NCBI GenBank assembly: GCA_023229865.1
Contig: JALNYL010000004.1
Coordinates: 17,773-81,772, forward strand
Direction of reading: 5' to 3'
DNA: 64,000 bases
Source: Minisyncoccota bacterium
GTDB lineage: Bacteria; Patescibacteriota; Minisyncoccia; Phycocordibacterales; UBA1550
The first letter of the stretch is position 1. The number at the start of each line of letters is the position of its first letter. Shown piece by piece: positions 50,117 to 60,817 of the stretch. Under the pieces are notes generated by a model that ran no database searches, had not been told where the DNA came from, and saw only the letters and a list, made by a program, of their open reading frames with translations. The position numbers and the translations under genes are program-made.

Positions 50117-50272
50117 CGGGATGGGACTCGCCTCTCCTTGCAGTCGAGACCATCCATTTTAATAGTCGCGTTGCTCCTTTAAAATGGTGGGCCTTCGGTT
50201 CGGGTCCCATCTACTGGATACACAATAGCAAAAAAAAGACAGGGAAGGGACCCTGTCTTTTTTTTGCTATTG
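50117..50272 (-). repeat. tRNA-3'-associated palindromic element downstream of tRNA-Leu(TAA)
   Basis: Hairpin, inverted copy of the tRNA 3' end (GATGGGACCCGAACC), core, direct copy GAGTCCCATCCCG. Confidence 0.75.
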
Positions 50273-50353
50273 TGTCCGGGATGGGACTCGAACCCATAAG
50301 CCTTGCGGCGGGAAATTTTAAGTCTCCTGTGTATACCATTCCACCACCCGGAC
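50273..50353 (-). tRNA. tRNA-Leu(TAA)
   Basis: GTCCGGG/CCCGGAC acceptor, GGAGA-CTTAAAA-TTTCC. Confidence 0.93.
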
Positions 50354-50533
50354 ATGTTTATTTGTATTTTATTCCTGACGTTGGGTTTGTTCCGGCTTGC
50401 GATTCTGATTTTTGTACCTCAAAAATCATGTCGTAAGATTTCGAGCAACTAAGTTGCGAGAAATTTACGACCCGACGCAAGTGAAGCAGTTCACTTGCTC
50501 CCACGCCAAGAAAATCCTGGCGGATTTTCTTTG

Positions 50534-50605
50534 AGGCGTGGGCGAGAATCGAACTCGCGTATAGAGGTTTTGCAAACGACTGCCTTACCACTTGGCTACC
50601 ACGCC
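50534..50605 (-). tRNA. tRNA-Cys(GCA) with mismatched anticodon stem
   Basis: GGCGTGG/CCACGCC acceptor, U73, GTCGT-TTGCAAA-ACCTC. Confidence 0.88.
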
Positions 50606-50795
50606 TTTATTTATTATTTTAACCCCTTTGAAACTTCCTTGTAACACTTTTGACACAAGTGAAACTTCCTAACCATATCCTTTTTGTTTGGTGGACTCAA
50701 TAAGATTCCACCAAAGTCTTTGAGCTCATCTTTGCATTTATCACACTTTGGTTTAATGGCCATATTTTGTGTTTAACTCAATGCACCTGCCTATC

Positions 50796-51122
50796 TTATC
50801 CTTGTTGTCCCAACTCGTCAATTCTTTGGCGATTGCGCTCACCTTCATCAATCTTCACTTCGAGCACGGGAAGGTTCTTTAAGTGTGCGTGAGTCTTGAT
50901 GTATTCACGGAGTTCAGTGCGCTTGCGCTTTGCGAAATCAAGAGCTTTCTCTTGCTCGCTCGTAGGGAAGCAGGTGAAGTAAATGGTCCCGCGCTTGAAG
51001 TCAGGGGAGATCGTTGCGTCGGTGATGGTGATAAGGGAATTTTTCCCAGCTTCACGCGTAAAAAACTCAGCTGCAATAGAGCGGAGGAATGAACGCATTT
51101 TATCTTGTCGGGGGGTGGTCAT
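50796..51122 (-). CDS. rbfA: Ribosome-binding factor A
   Basis: LITIT...SPD....IY, LP.L....D; directly downstream of infB. Confidence 0.88.
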   Translation of the reverse strand: MTTPRQDKMRSFLRSIAAEFFTREAGKNSLITITDATISPDFKRGTIYFTCFPTSEQEKALDFAKRKRTELREYIKTHAHLKNLPVLEVKIDEGERNRQRIDELGQQG

Positions 51123-51139
51123 GGGGTAGTTGTTAGTTG

Positions 51140-52663
51140 TTATTTCTCACTCATTACAAATGCTTCGAGCACGTCTCCGCCAGCGATCTCCATTTTTGAT
51201 TCAACCATCATGCCGAATTCATTCCCTTCATCAACTTTCTTTGCTGCAATCTTTTGTGACTGAAGTCCTTCAATCTTGCCACGGCCAATCTCAACCTCGC
51301 GACGCATGATTTTTACCTGAGCGCCTACTTCGATAGTTCCGGTGAGGACTTTTCCTCCCACAACTTGCTTGTGTTTCGTCGCGCTGAATGTCTTGAGAAT
51401 CTTTGCTGTGCCTACAATGTCCTCGCCCATAGTCTTTGGGGTGCGACGATCGAGTTCCTCATTGAGCCATTCTGAAAGTTTGTAAATGATATCGAAAGTT
51501 TTGATCGTGATACCAAAACGCTCTGCGATGTCTTGTGCGCCACGCTCAACCTTGGTGTGGAAGCCGAGGATAATAGCACTGTCTGAGCCCGAGGCGAGCT
51601 TTGCGTCGTTTTCACCAATAGTTCCAACGCCCTTTGCGATGATTTTGATAGCGATACGCTCGCGCTCGATTTTGCCGAGTTCCTTCTCGAGTGCCTCAAG
51701 GGTTCCTGCTACGTCTGATTTCAAAACGATAGGTACAATGAGTGCATTGTCAGCGAGGGGGATAGTGCGAATGATTTTTGCAGCAGGATTCTTTGCGCGT
51801 GCCTCACGGATCTCGAGCTGTACCTTCTCGGCATCTTTCTTGTTTTCGTATGCACGGAATGTGGTGCCCACTGCGGGAAGTGAATCAAAGCCGGTGATCT
51901 GAATAGGGGACGAGAACGTCGCCTCAGAAACTTGCTTGCCGAGGAAATTCTCAATAGCGCGTACTGGTGACATGCTCTCTTCTGCGAGAATAAACATCCC
52001 TTTCTTGAGGGTGCCGTTGGTAATGATGAGCGTTGCTGAGGTGCCGCGCTTTGTGTCGATGTGTGACTCAACCACGATACCTTCTGCGGGGAGGGAAGTG
52101 TCGCCTTCGAGATTTTCCATCTCTGCGACGAGAAGCATCATATCGAGAAGCTCAGGAATACCAGTTCCAATTTTTGCAGAAATAGGTACAAAGGGCACAT
52201 CGCCACCGAAACCTTCGAGGTAGATCTCGTTCTCGGCGAGATTCTGCTTGGTGCGCTCGATGTTTGCGTTGGGCTTGTCGATTTTGTTGATAGCAACAAT
52301 GTAAGGGACGCCTGCTTCTTTGATGGCGCGGAGTGCCTCTTTAGTTTGTTCCTTTACGCCGTCTTCTGCAGACACGACGAGAATAGCAATGTCAGCCACA
52401 CCTGCTCCACGTGCACGCATCTTTGAAAACGCTTCGTGTCCTGGGGTGTCGAGGAAGGTGATACGCTCTGCGGTGCTCGTCTCCCGTGTCTTGTGATCAA
52501 CTTCGTACGCAGAAAGGTGCTGTGTGATACCACCTGCTTCGCCTGCAACAACGTTTGATTTGCGGATATAGTCAAGAAGGCTCGACTTGCCGTGGTCGAT
52601 GTGCCCCATGATAACGACGATGGGTGGACGGGGGATGATTTTTGGTTGAGCCTTTTTGGTCAT
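51140..52663 (-). CDS. infB: Translation initiation factor IF-2 (short form)
   Basis: [31 protein letters not shown]. Confidence 0.97.
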   Translation of the reverse strand: MTKKAQPKIIPRPPIVVIMGHIDHGKSSLLDYIRKSNVVAGEAGGITQHLSAYEVDHKTRETSTAERITFLDTPGHEAFSKMRARGAGVADIAILVVSAEDGVKEQTKEALRAIKEAGVPYIVAINKIDKPNANIERTKQNLAENEIYLEGFGGDVPFVPISAKIGTGIPELLDMMLLVAEMENLEGDTSLPAEGIVVESHIDTKRGTSATLIITNGTLKKGMFILAEESMSPVRAIENFLGKQVSEATFSSPIQITGFDSLPAVGTTFRAYENKKDAEKVQLEIREARAKNPAAKIIRTIPLADNALIVPIVLKSDVAGTLEALEKELGKIERERIAIKIIAKGVGTIGENDAKLASGSDSAIILGFHTKVERGAQDIAERFGITIKTFDIIYKLSEWLNEELDRRTPKTMGEDIVGTAKILKTFSATKHKQVVGGKVLTGTIEVGAQVKIMRREVEIGRGKIEGLQSQKIAAKKVDEGNEFGMMVESKMEIAGGDVLEAFVMSEK

Positions 52664-52681
52664 AGTATAAAAATAATTAGA

Positions 52682-53143
52682 TTAACGCGTTGCTTGCTTT
52701 ACGACCTTCTGTTCCTCTTCTGTCATTTCAAATTCCGAAGTGAAATTTTTGATAGGCTTTGCGAATACACTCATACGATCCCGCGCGTAAAGACTTGAGA
52801 CGACCGTGCCATCGCCTTCTTCAGAGAGGAGAGCGATTGCGAAGCTTTGGTTGCCCCCTTCACCAGTGCCTTTAAACGCATTGAAGCGAATAGTCTCAAC
52901 ACCCTGGATACTGCGCTTGATACGCTTTTCTGCATCAGTGAGATAGGTAGTGGTGTCGTTTTGGAACTTTTCGAGTGAGCGGATATCTTCAGTAAGAGCG
53001 ACAATAGTGTCTTCGAGGCTACGAGCATCTTTGCCAGCTACGAGCTTCTTCATGCGGCGTTCCAAGATAAAAACCCATACCGCGAGAAGGAGTGTGGTTA
53101 CAAGGAGAACAATAGTGAGAATTTGGGTGGGGCTCAAGGTCAT
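52682..53143 (-). CDS. DUF4446-like membrane-anchored protein
   Basis: RFNAF...GGNQSFAIALL...GDG.VVSSLY.RD. Confidence 0.8.
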   Translation of the reverse strand: MTLSPTQILTIVLLVTTLLLAVWVFILERRMKKLVAGKDARSLEDTIVALTEDIRSLEKFQNDTTTYLTDAEKRIKRSIQGVETIRFNAFKGTGEGGNQSFAIALLSEEGDGTVVSSLYARDRMSVFAKPIKNFTSEFEMTEEEQKVVKQATR

Positions 53144-53213
53144 ATTGGTTGAAACAGTACCATATTTTCAGGGATTTTGCAAAAGTGGTAAGGGCGGGCT
53201 ATGATTAATACAC

Positions 53214-54401
53214 ATGAAGAGAATTTACTTAGATAACGCGGCGGCGACGCCTGTGAGTGCTCTGGCGCAAAAGGCGGTTGCGGAAACTTCAAAAAAGTTT
53301 TTTGGGAATCCAAGTGCGATACACAAGGAGGGGAAGGAAGCACGCACCTCCTTGGAGTCGGCGCGCGCCATGGTCGCGGAGGCACTCGCTGCGCGTCCTG
53401 ATGAAATCATTTTTACCAGTGGAGCAACAGAGGCCAACAATATGGCGTTTATGGGTGTCGTGCAATCAGCGGGGATCCGTGGACTCGCACGGCCTCACAT
53501 TGTTATCTCTGCTATTGAGCATCCTTCTGTGCTTGAGACCGTGAGAGCTCTTGAGCGATATGGTATGCGTGTTGACTATTTGCCTGTCGATAGTCGAGGG
53601 CTCATCGATACGAAGGAGCTTCGCAAACTCATTACTCCTGAGACCGTGCTCGTATCGGTCATGTATGCCAACAATGAGATTGGCACAATAGAGCCTATTA
53701 CTGATATTGCACGTGAAGTTCGTCACGCACGCAAGATGAATAGTAGTGCATATCCATATTTTCATACCGATGCATCACAGGCGGCAAATTATCTCGATAT
53801 GAATGTGCTTCGTCTTGGTGTGGACCTCATGACCATCTCTTCGGGTAAGACGTATGGTCCTCGTGGTGTCGGCGCGCTCTTTGTGAAGCGCGGTGTCGAG
53901 ATGAGTCCACTCATGTATGGTGGGGAGCACGAGGCGGGTCGTCGTCCAGGGACTGAGTCGGTTGCGCTCGCGACTGGTTTTGCAACTGCGCTCGCGGAGG
54001 CGCGTAAGATGAGCGTGAAAGAGTCAAAGCGTGTGGCGAAACTCCGTGATGCACTTGCGGCGAAGGTTTTGAAGAAAATTTCAGGCTCATCAGTGAATGG
54101 TGATTTGGCACGTAGTCTTCCTAATATTTTGAATATTTCCTTTGAAGGTGTGGAGAGTGAAGCGCTCGTGCTCTACTTGGATGCCGCGGGGATTGCGGTG
54201 TCGGGGAAGAGCGCTTGTAAGAGTTCCAGTGAAGGACCGTCACATGTTATACTTGCGATAGATAAGGCTGGTAATGGTGAGGCAGGCGCAATTCGTTTTT
54301 CGCTCGGTCGCGAGACAAAAAGTGAAGATGTGACCCGTGTGGCAAATGAAGTGATTCGTTTAGTTCCGCTTCTTCGAACGATGCAAGAAAATAGTAATTA
54401 A
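53214..54401 (+). CDS. iscS: Cysteine desulfurase (IscS/NifS family)
   Basis: IYLDNAAATP, FTSGATEANN, EHPSV, HTDASQA, RPGTE, SAC. Confidence 0.9.
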   Translation: MKRIYLDNAAATPVSALAQKAVAETSKKFFGNPSAIHKEGKEARTSLESARAMVAEALAARPDEIIFTSGATEANNMAFMGVVQSAGIRGLARPHIVISAIEHPSVLETVRALERYGMRVDYLPVDSRGLIDTKELRKLITPETVLVSVMYANNEIGTIEPITDIAREVRHARKMNSSAYPYFHTDASQAANYLDMNVLRLGVDLMTISSGKTYGPRGVGALFVKRGVEMSPLMYGGEHEAGRRPGTESVALATGFATALAEARKMSVKESKRVAKLRDALAAKVLKKISGSSVNGDLARSLPNILNISFEGVESEALVLYLDAAGIAVSGKSACKSSSEGPSHVILAIDKAGNGEAGAIRFSLGRETKSEDVTRVANEVIRLVPLLRTMQENSN

Positions 54402-54413
54402 TTTTAAATATTT

Positions 54414-54986
54414 ATGTACGAAGCAAAAAATTTTGAACGACTCTTGGGGACCGAAGGATTTTCTGATGTGCTTTTGCGCAATCATTTTACGCTCTATGAG
54501 GGATATGTTTCGAATACCAATAAAGTAAGTGAGCTTTTAAAAACAGCAGAGACGGGGACACCTCTCTATAACGAAGTGAAGCGCCGCTTTGGTTGGGAAT
54601 GGAACGGTATGCGCCTTCATGAACTTTATTTTGGGAACATGATTAAGGGTGGAACTCCTCTCGAAACAAAAACCGCTCTTGCAAAAAAGATTGTTGAAGA
54701 TTTTGGATCGTTTGAAGCTTGGGAAAAAGATTTTCGTGCGACCGGGGCAATGCGTGGTATCGGCTGGGCCGTGCTTGCGCGCGACGGTGAGTCGGGGCGC
54801 CTCTTTAATGTATGGGTCAACGAGCATGATGGCGGGAATCTCGCAGGTGCAACAATCCTCCTTGTGATGGATGTGTTTGAGCATGCGTTTGCGCTCGACT
54901 ATGGTATTAAGCGCGCAGACTACATTAATGCCTTTTGGGCAGCTATTGATTGGGTAGTTGTTTCTCATAGATTTGCAGGGAAGTAA
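54414..54986 (+). CDS. sod: Fe/Mn superoxide dismutase family protein
   Basis: NHFTLYEGY, RLHELYF, MDVFEHAF. Confidence 0.88.
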   Translation: MYEAKNFERLLGTEGFSDVLLRNHFTLYEGYVSNTNKVSELLKTAETGTPLYNEVKRRFGWEWNGMRLHELYFGNMIKGGTPLETKTALAKKIVEDFGSFEAWEKDFRATGAMRGIGWAVLARDGESGRLFNVWVNEHDGGNLAGATILLVMDVFEHAFALDYGIKRADYINAFWAAIDWVVVSHRFAGK

Positions 54987-55010
54987 ACTCTAAGGTACTA
55001 TTGAGAATAT

Positions 55011-55844
55011 ATGGAGCACCTCACCAAAGCACAAATCGTTCTCCTCACACTCTTTGTTAGTTTTGTGTCGTCTATGGCGACGGGTATTGTCGTGGTTACT
55101 CTTATGGAACAGGCTTCAGCGCCGGTAAGTCAGACGATTACCAATGTGGTTGAGCGTACCATCGAAAAGATTACACCGACGATTATTGAAAAGCCGGGCA
55201 AGCAAGTCATTATAAAAGATGAAGATCTCGTTGTGTCTGCTATTGATCGCAATATTAAAAGTGTCGTTGCGTTTAGAATTGCGAGTGAAGGAGGAGACTC
55301 TCTTGTGTCTGGGGTAGGAACTATTGTTTCTCCTGAAGGGCTTGTTGTTACTGATAGAGGTAACTTTGGGGCAGGGGCGCTTACCACAACGATTGATGGC
55401 GTCCAGTATGTTCTCGAGGTTCTCTCAAATGAAAAGGGAAACACGCTTGGCATCGGGAAGCTCACTCCTGTTTCGGCGACATCAACACCAAAATTTGCTA
55501 CGGCAACATTGGGAAGCTCTGTTAATTTGCGCCTCGGGCAGACCGCGGTGGTTATCGGTGGTCGTGATGGGAAAACTATCACTACAGGACTTATTAATAA
55601 TCTTGAGACAAAGACCATCGTAGACGAGGCGACAAAAGCAGAAACGAAAGTCTTGGAGAATATCGGAGTTTCGTCTCGTTTTGCAGGCTCTTCAAATGGT
55701 GCTCCTATTATTACCCTCAGTGGTGATATTGTTGGATTTTTGAGCATCGATGAAATCATTGGTACTCAGAAGGGGGCACTCGTTACTGAAGCAAAAAGAC
55801 TTATCGAAGAAGTAAGCAAGATAGTTCCTGCTAAAAAACTCTAA
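55011..55844 (+). CDS. Trypsin-like (S1C/HtrA-like) membrane protein, catalytic residues degenerate
   Basis: GVGTIVSPEGLVVT, LRLGQTAVVIG, GAPIITLSGDIVG. Confidence 0.7.
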   Translation: MEHLTKAQIVLLTLFVSFVSSMATGIVVVTLMEQASAPVSQTITNVVERTIEKITPTIIEKPGKQVIIKDEDLVVSAIDRNIKSVVAFRIASEGGDSLVSGVGTIVSPEGLVVTDRGNFGAGALTTTIDGVQYVLEVLSNEKGNTLGIGKLTPVSATSTPKFATATLGSSVNLRLGQTAVVIGGRDGKTITTGLINNLETKTIVDEATKAETKVLENIGVSSRFAGSSNGAPIITLSGDIVGFLSIDEIIGTQKGALVTEAKRLIEEVSKIVPAKKL

Positions 55845-55940
55845 GATTTAAGCCTGCTTTGCGTCCTCGGGTCTATTGTTTGACAACATAGAACCACTAT
55901 TGTACATTGTCCCTGATTTTAGTATTTTAAAACAAACATT

Positions 55941-58628
55941 ATGCCCCCATTCAATAACTTCACAACCAAAGCACGCGATATTATTCGCCGCGCACATGAG
56001 CTTGCGGTGGAGCGTGGGCAGAACCACGTCAGCCCGATGCATCTTCTGACGTCTCTGATGCTTGACGATGAGAGTATTGTCGTTTCTATTCTTGAGCGTC
56101 TTGACGTCGACACAATGCAGCTCGCGGAGGATCTCCTCTCACTTATTGAGCCTACTACTACGCAAAATGTTGCGGCAGCTTCGTACCAACTCTATCTTAC
56201 TCCTGAACTCGGGCAGGTACTCGGCGAGGTTGCGCCACGCCTGGCGGCAGAAATGAAAGATGAGCAGATTTCTTGTGAGCATCTTTTCCTTGCGCTCTTT
56301 GATGTGGAAGGGCAGGCGCGTGAGTTCCTTGTTCGTCATGGCGTTGAGCGTGAAAATGTAATGCGCATTCTTGATGAATTTCGTACACAAAATATTACCG
56401 ATAGTACGCCAACAAAAAAACTTAAGTCAGTTTATAAGTACACGCGCAATCTCACCGCACTCGCGGCTCAGGACAAACTTGACCCTGTGATTGGCCGTGA
56501 CAATGAAGTGGGTCGCATCATTCAGATTCTTTCGCGTCGTACCAAGAACAATCCTATTCTTATAGGAGAAGCGGGAGTGGGGAAGACTGCGGTTGTTGAA
56601 GGCCTTGCTATTCGTATGGCGAAGGGCGACGTCCCTGAGTCTCTCAAAAACAAGGAACTCGTTTCTCTTGATCTCGGTTCTCTTATTGCGGGGACAAAGT
56701 ATCGCGGCGAGTTTGAGGATCGTTTGAAGAAGATTATGAAGGAAATTGAGCGTTCAGAGGGGAAGATCATTCTCTTTATTGATGAGATCCACACGATTGT
56801 GGGGGCGGGGGCAGCGGAAGGTTCAATGGACGCTTCAAATATGTTGAAGCCTGCGCTTGCGCGTGGGGAACTCCGCGCTATCGGAGCTACAACGCTTCGT
56901 GAATATCAGAAGCATATCGAGAAGGACCCTGCGCTTACGCGTCGTTTCCAGCCCGTACATGTCAACGAGCCATCAATCGAAGATGCAATCGCAATTCTTC
57001 GTGGCCTCAAGGAGAAATATGAACTTTTCCACGGTGTGCATATCACTGATGACGCTATTATGGCGGCAGTAAATCTCTCGAGTCGCTATATTACTGACCG
57101 TTTTCTGCCCGACAAAGCAGTAGACCTCATTGATGAGGCTGCATCGTCTCTCCGTATTTCACTCGAAAACAAACCGCCTGTTCTTGAAGATGCGCATCGT
57201 CGTATTATGCGTCTTGAGATTGAAAAAGAAGCGCTCAAGAAAGAAGCAACCCTTGGCGGAGAAGAAGGGAAGAACGCAAAAGCCCGCACAAAAAAGATTG
57301 ATAAAGAAATAGGCGACCTCCGCGAGAAGACACGCGAGATTGAACTCAAGTGGAAAAACGAGAAGGAGCTCGTGGTGGAGATTCGCGCTATTAAAAAAGA
57401 TATGGAAACTGCACGCCTCGAAGCAGAAACCGCAGAGATGAAGGCAGACCTCGCGCTTGCTGCGGAGATTCGCTATGGACGTATCCCCGCGTTTGAAAAG
57501 GATCTCGCGACAAAGATGGCGCGCCTCAAGAAGCTCCAGTCGTCACGTCGTATTTTGAAAGAGGAGGTGGTGGAGCATGATATTGCAGAAGTTGTTGCTC
57601 GTTGGACAGGGATCCCAGTGACAAAGATGCTTGAGGAAGAAGCAGGAAAGCTTGCGCATATAGAAGATGAACTCGAGAAGCGTGTAGTCGGGCAGCGTGA
57701 TGCTATCCAGAAGGTCTCTGATGCTATTAAACGCTCACGAGCGGGCATCGCGGACCCAAATCGCCCTATCGGCTCATTCCTCTTCTTGGGGCCGACAGGC
57801 GTCGGTAAGACTGAGCTTTCAAAGGCACTCGCGGAGTTTATGTTCAATGATGACAAAGCGCTTATCCGCGTAGATATGTCGGAGTATATGGAGAAGCATG
57901 CAGTGTCGAAGCTCATTGGTTCGCCTCCTGGATATGTCGGACACGAAGAAAGTGGCAACCTTACGGAAACGGTGCGTCATCGTCCATACTCAGTGCTCCT
58001 CTTTGATGAAGTTGAAAAAGCTCACCCAGAGGTTTTCAACATCCTTTTGCAGGTTCTTGATAATGGACAACTCACTGACTCAAAGGGGCGTGTGGTGAAC
58101 TTCAAAAATACGGTAATTATTTTGACGTCGAACATTGGCTCAGAACATATCGACAAGATGCAGGCCATTGGCTTTGGGACGCACTCGAGCGACAAGGCAG
58201 ATTATGCTGACGCAAAAGATCGCGTGATGGATTCGCTCAAGAATTTCTTCCGTCCTGAATTTTTGAATCGTCTTGATGAAATAATTCTCTTTGATATTTT
58301 GTCACCGGAAGTTATCCAGAATATCGTCGGTCTCCAGGTGGACATTGTGAAGAAGCGTCTTGCTGAAAAAGAAATTACGCTTAATGTCGCTCCTGACGTC
58401 CTCTCATATCTTGCAGAGAAGGGATATGATACGCACTACGGCGCACGCCCGCTCAAGCGTTTGATTCAGAATAAGATTCTTACGCCGATCGCATCACTTA
58501 TGATTTCTTCGGGGGTACTCAAGGGTGGTCGCGTCCTTGTCTCGACAGAAAAGGGGGAAGTGGCTATCCGTGTGGAGAAAAAAGCGGTTACTTCAAAGTC
58601 TCGCGCTCGTACAAAAGCGGCTGCGTAA
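55941..58628 (+). CDS. clpB: ClpB/ClpC-type AAA+ chaperone
   Basis: Clp-[18 protein letters not shown], long middle-domain coiled coil, GARPLKR. Confidence 0.9.
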   Translation: MPPFNNFTTKARDIIRRAHELAVERGQNHVSPMHLLTSLMLDDESIVVSILERLDVDTMQLAEDLLSLIEPTTTQNVAAASYQLYLTPELGQVLGEVAPRLAAEMKDEQISCEHLFLALFDVEGQAREFLVRHGVERENVMRILDEFRTQNITDSTPTKKLKSVYKYTRNLTALAAQDKLDPVIGRDNEVGRIIQILSRRTKNNPILIGEAGVGKTAVVEGLAIRMAKGDVPESLKNKELVSLDLGSLIAGTKYRGEFEDRLKKIMKEIERSEGKIILFIDEIHTIVGAGAAEGSMDASNMLKPALARGELRAIGATTLREYQKHIEKDPALTRRFQPVHVNEPSIEDAIAILRGLKEKYELFHGVHITDDAIMAAVNLSSRYITDRFLPDKAVDLIDEAASSLRISLENKPPVLEDAHRRIMRLEIEKEALKKEATLGGEEGKNAKARTKKIDKEIGDLREKTREIELKWKNEKELVVEIRAIKKDMETARLEAETAEMKADLALAAEIRYGRIPAFEKDLATKMARLKKLQSSRRILKEEVVEHDIAEVVARWTGIPVTKMLEEEAGKLAHIEDELEKRVVGQRDAIQKVSDAIKRSRAGIADPNRPIGSFLFLGPTGVGKTELSKALAEFMFNDDKALIRVDMSEYMEKHAVSKLIGSPPGYVGHEESGNLTETVRHRPYSVLLFDEVEKAHPEVFNILLQVLDNGQLTDSKGRVVNFKNTVIILTSNIGSEHIDKMQAIGFGTHSSDKADYADAKDRVMDSLKNFFRPEFLNRLDEIILFDILSPEVIQNIVGLQVDIVKKRLAEKEITLNVAPDVLSYLAEKGYDTHYGARPLKRLIQNKILTPIASLMISSGVLKGGRVLVSTEKGEVAIRVEKKAVTSKSRARTKAAA

Positions 58629-58722
58629 TACATTAGAAAAAATAAAAAACTAACCTTCGCGCATGGGGGTTAGTTTTTTGTTTGTGTTGTGGAGCAGTAT
58701 ACTACTCTGTTATAATAAAGAG

Positions 58723-59097
58723 ATGAACACAAAAGAGAGGGGAGATCTCGCAGTTGGGCAGGCAATTAATTTTTTTATAAAAAATGGTTACGAAGTGTGC
58801 TTACCAATTGGTGATAAAAGAGATTATGATTTTGTTGTTGAGAAAAATGGAAAGCTTGAGAAAGTACAAGTAAAGTACGCAGGACTTTATGAGCGTAGTA
58901 AGACTTGCAAGGTAGGGTTGAGGATAACGGGAGGGAATCAGTCGTACTCATATGCTAAGAAGTACAAAAATGATTCCTTTGATTTATTGTTTGTGTATAC
59001 AGAAAAGGGCGAAATCTATGTAATTCCCTGGAAGAAGCTAGAAATTCGGAATGAGTTGTCAATTGAGACAAAAAAGTATAAGATGTACAAGTTCTAA
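58723..59097 (+). CDS. Group I intron-associated-type PD-(D/E)XK endonuclease (PDDEXK_5-like)
   Basis: TKERGDLA, GYEV..P.GD..DYD.VV......KVQVKY, Y....FD; AT-rich; stop 4 nt before tRNA-Tyr. Confidence 0.85.
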   Translation: MNTKERGDLAVGQAINFFIKNGYEVCLPIGDKRDYDFVVEKNGKLEKVQVKYAGLYERSKTCKVGLRITGGNQSYSYAKKYKNDSFDLLFVYTEKGEIYVIPWKKLEIRNELSIETKKYKMYKF

Positions 59098-59101
59098 AAA
59101 A

Positions 59102-59184
59102 GCGTCGGTACTCAAGTGGTCAACGAGGGGAGACTGTAAATCTCCTGACTTCGGTCTTCGAAAGTTCGAATCTTTCCCGGCGCA
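59102..59184 (+). tRNA. tRNA-Tyr(GTA)
   Basis: GCGTCGG/CCGGCGC acceptor, GGAGA-CTGTAAA-TCTCC, long variable arm. Confidence 0.94.
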
Positions 59185-59330
59185 CAAAAAAACAAAGCTC
59201 CCAAACTTTTTCAAGTTTGGGAGCTTTGTTTTTTTGGCGGGTACCCCAAACTTCCTCATTGACAAAAAGCACAACTTACGGCATATTATTGAAAGGTTCC
59301 TTCAATTAATCACAATTTTGGGAGGTAGTC

Positions 59331-59960
59331 ATGGGCGCAGAACAGGGAGAAAAACCGGTCTACGTAACACCAGGGTTTCTTAAGAATTTTTTAGGAATTC
59401 TTTCTGACCCCGACGCGAGCTTCATAGAGGTTGGGCGGATGTTGGTTACGCAGCCGTATTTAGTAGCGCATTTACTACGTGTAGCAAATATGCGCTGTGA
59501 AGATTGTGGCTCACTGGCGAAACCCAAGAGTGTCAATGGTATACTTATTAAACTCGGTATCTATAACATTGTTGAAGCGTGTAAGATTGCTGAAGATGTG
59601 CCACCTGCTGATTATGCAAGTTTTCGATCGAAAACAATCGATACATATTCGCTCGCGGTTGTGCTCTCGGAACTTGCAGAAAGAAGGCTTGGCCGTTTTG
59701 CGGCACCAGACTTTTTTCTCGTAGGACTTCTTTCAGTAGTGGTTCCTCAGAGTGATATTTTTTTGGATTTTTGTCATGAGGAGATCTTCGAGCATTTCAA
59801 GGGGACGCCCCAATTGGGTCATCCGACAATCCCTGAGGCTTTGACGCTTGTGGGGGATTTCAGGAGAAATGTCTCAACTGAGCATGCTGAAGTAATGGCG
59901 AAGTGGAAGGCTGCGCGTGAGCGAGCTCGTGAAGCAATCGACAATCTGACGAAATTCTAA
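59331..59960 (+). CDS. Degenerate HDOD-like domain protein
   Basis: PYLVAHLLRVAN...SV...LIKLG and FLVGLL resemble HDOD, but HD is absent; SD GGGAGGT. Confidence 0.6.
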   Translation: MGAEQGEKPVYVTPGFLKNFLGILSDPDASFIEVGRMLVTQPYLVAHLLRVANMRCEDCGSLAKPKSVNGILIKLGIYNIVEACKIAEDVPPADYASFRSKTIDTYSLAVVLSELAERRLGRFAAPDFFLVGLLSVVVPQSDIFLDFCHEEIFEHFKGTPQLGHPTIPEALTLVGDFRRNVSTEHAEVMAKWKAARERAREAIDNLTKF

Positions 59961-60091
59961 ATTAGAAAGAAGTATTCAAGAGGCGAACCCCCGTTCGCCT
60001 CTTTTTGTTTTTTGCAGATTGAATTTGACGTTGTGTTGACGATGCGCTAGTCTGAAAAACAGAAAGAAACTTTTAATGAGGGGAGGGAAAA

Positions 60092-60487
60092 ATGAACGGA
60101 GTCATACACGCCCTTCGAGATGTGAATCTTGAGCGGGGGAGAAGGAATGAGCAAAGGTTTCTCGATGCGATGAAGGCGACGCATTCTCCCGTGAAAATGC
60201 CGAAGTGGTTTATTCGCGGATATCACGCCTCAAAGAAAGAAGATCGTTTTGAGGGGAAAGATGCGGTGATTGAAACCACTGACGCGGGGAAACTCTTTAT
60301 CCAAATCAAGAGCTCGCAGGCGGGAGCACAGCGTTTCAAAGAGAAGAAGAAAGGGAAGCGCTATTCTTTTATTGGGGTTATTATCATTCGCGATGACGAC
60401 ACGATTGAGTCTATCCGCTTAAAAACGCGGAAAATACTCTCAAAACTTCGTCAGGATGTTTTTGCTGAACGCAGTAATATGGGGTAA
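60092..60487 (+). CDS. Small PD-(D/E)XK-like nuclease-fold protein
   Basis: G..NE..F, ED..EGKD.VI......FIQIKSS; promoter TTGACG-17-TAGTCT; SD GGGAGG. Confidence 0.6.
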   Translation: MNGVIHALRDVNLERGRRNEQRFLDAMKATHSPVKMPKWFIRGYHASKKEDRFEGKDAVIETTDAGKLFIQIKSSQAGAQRFKEKKKGKRYSFIGVIIIRDDDTIESIRLKTRKILSKLRQDVFAERSNMG

Positions 60488-60595
60488 TGAGGAGGGGTTT
60501 CGACCCCTCCTTTTTGTTGCCTGATGAATCTAAATATAAGGGGGATTCCTAATTAATTTGCCTTTTTTGCTCGGGTGTAGTAGGATAGAAAAACT

Positions 60596-60754
60596 ATGTC
60601 ACAGGACCAACTTATAAAACTCGCCTGCAAGAAGTGCAAGCGTCTCAATTATTGGACTCGCAAGAATAAGAAGCTTGTAGAGCGCAAGATTGAGCTCGAT
60701 AAATACTGCAATTCGTGCCGCGCTCATACAACGCACAAAGAGGCAAAGAAGTAG
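60596..60754 (+). CDS. rpmG: 50S ribosomal protein L33 (zinc-binding C+ form)
   Basis: MSQDQLIKLACKKCKRLNYWTRKNKKLVERKIELDKYCNSCRAHTTHKEAKK; below the ORF-track cutoff. Confidence 0.96.
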   Translation: MSQDQLIKLACKKCKRLNYWTRKNKKLVERKIELDKYCNSCRAHTTHKEAKK

Positions 60755-60817
60755 TAAATTTCAAAAGCCCCGAGAGGGGTTTTTGTTTTTTAGAGTAATT
60801 TTTGGTATACTCCCCGT

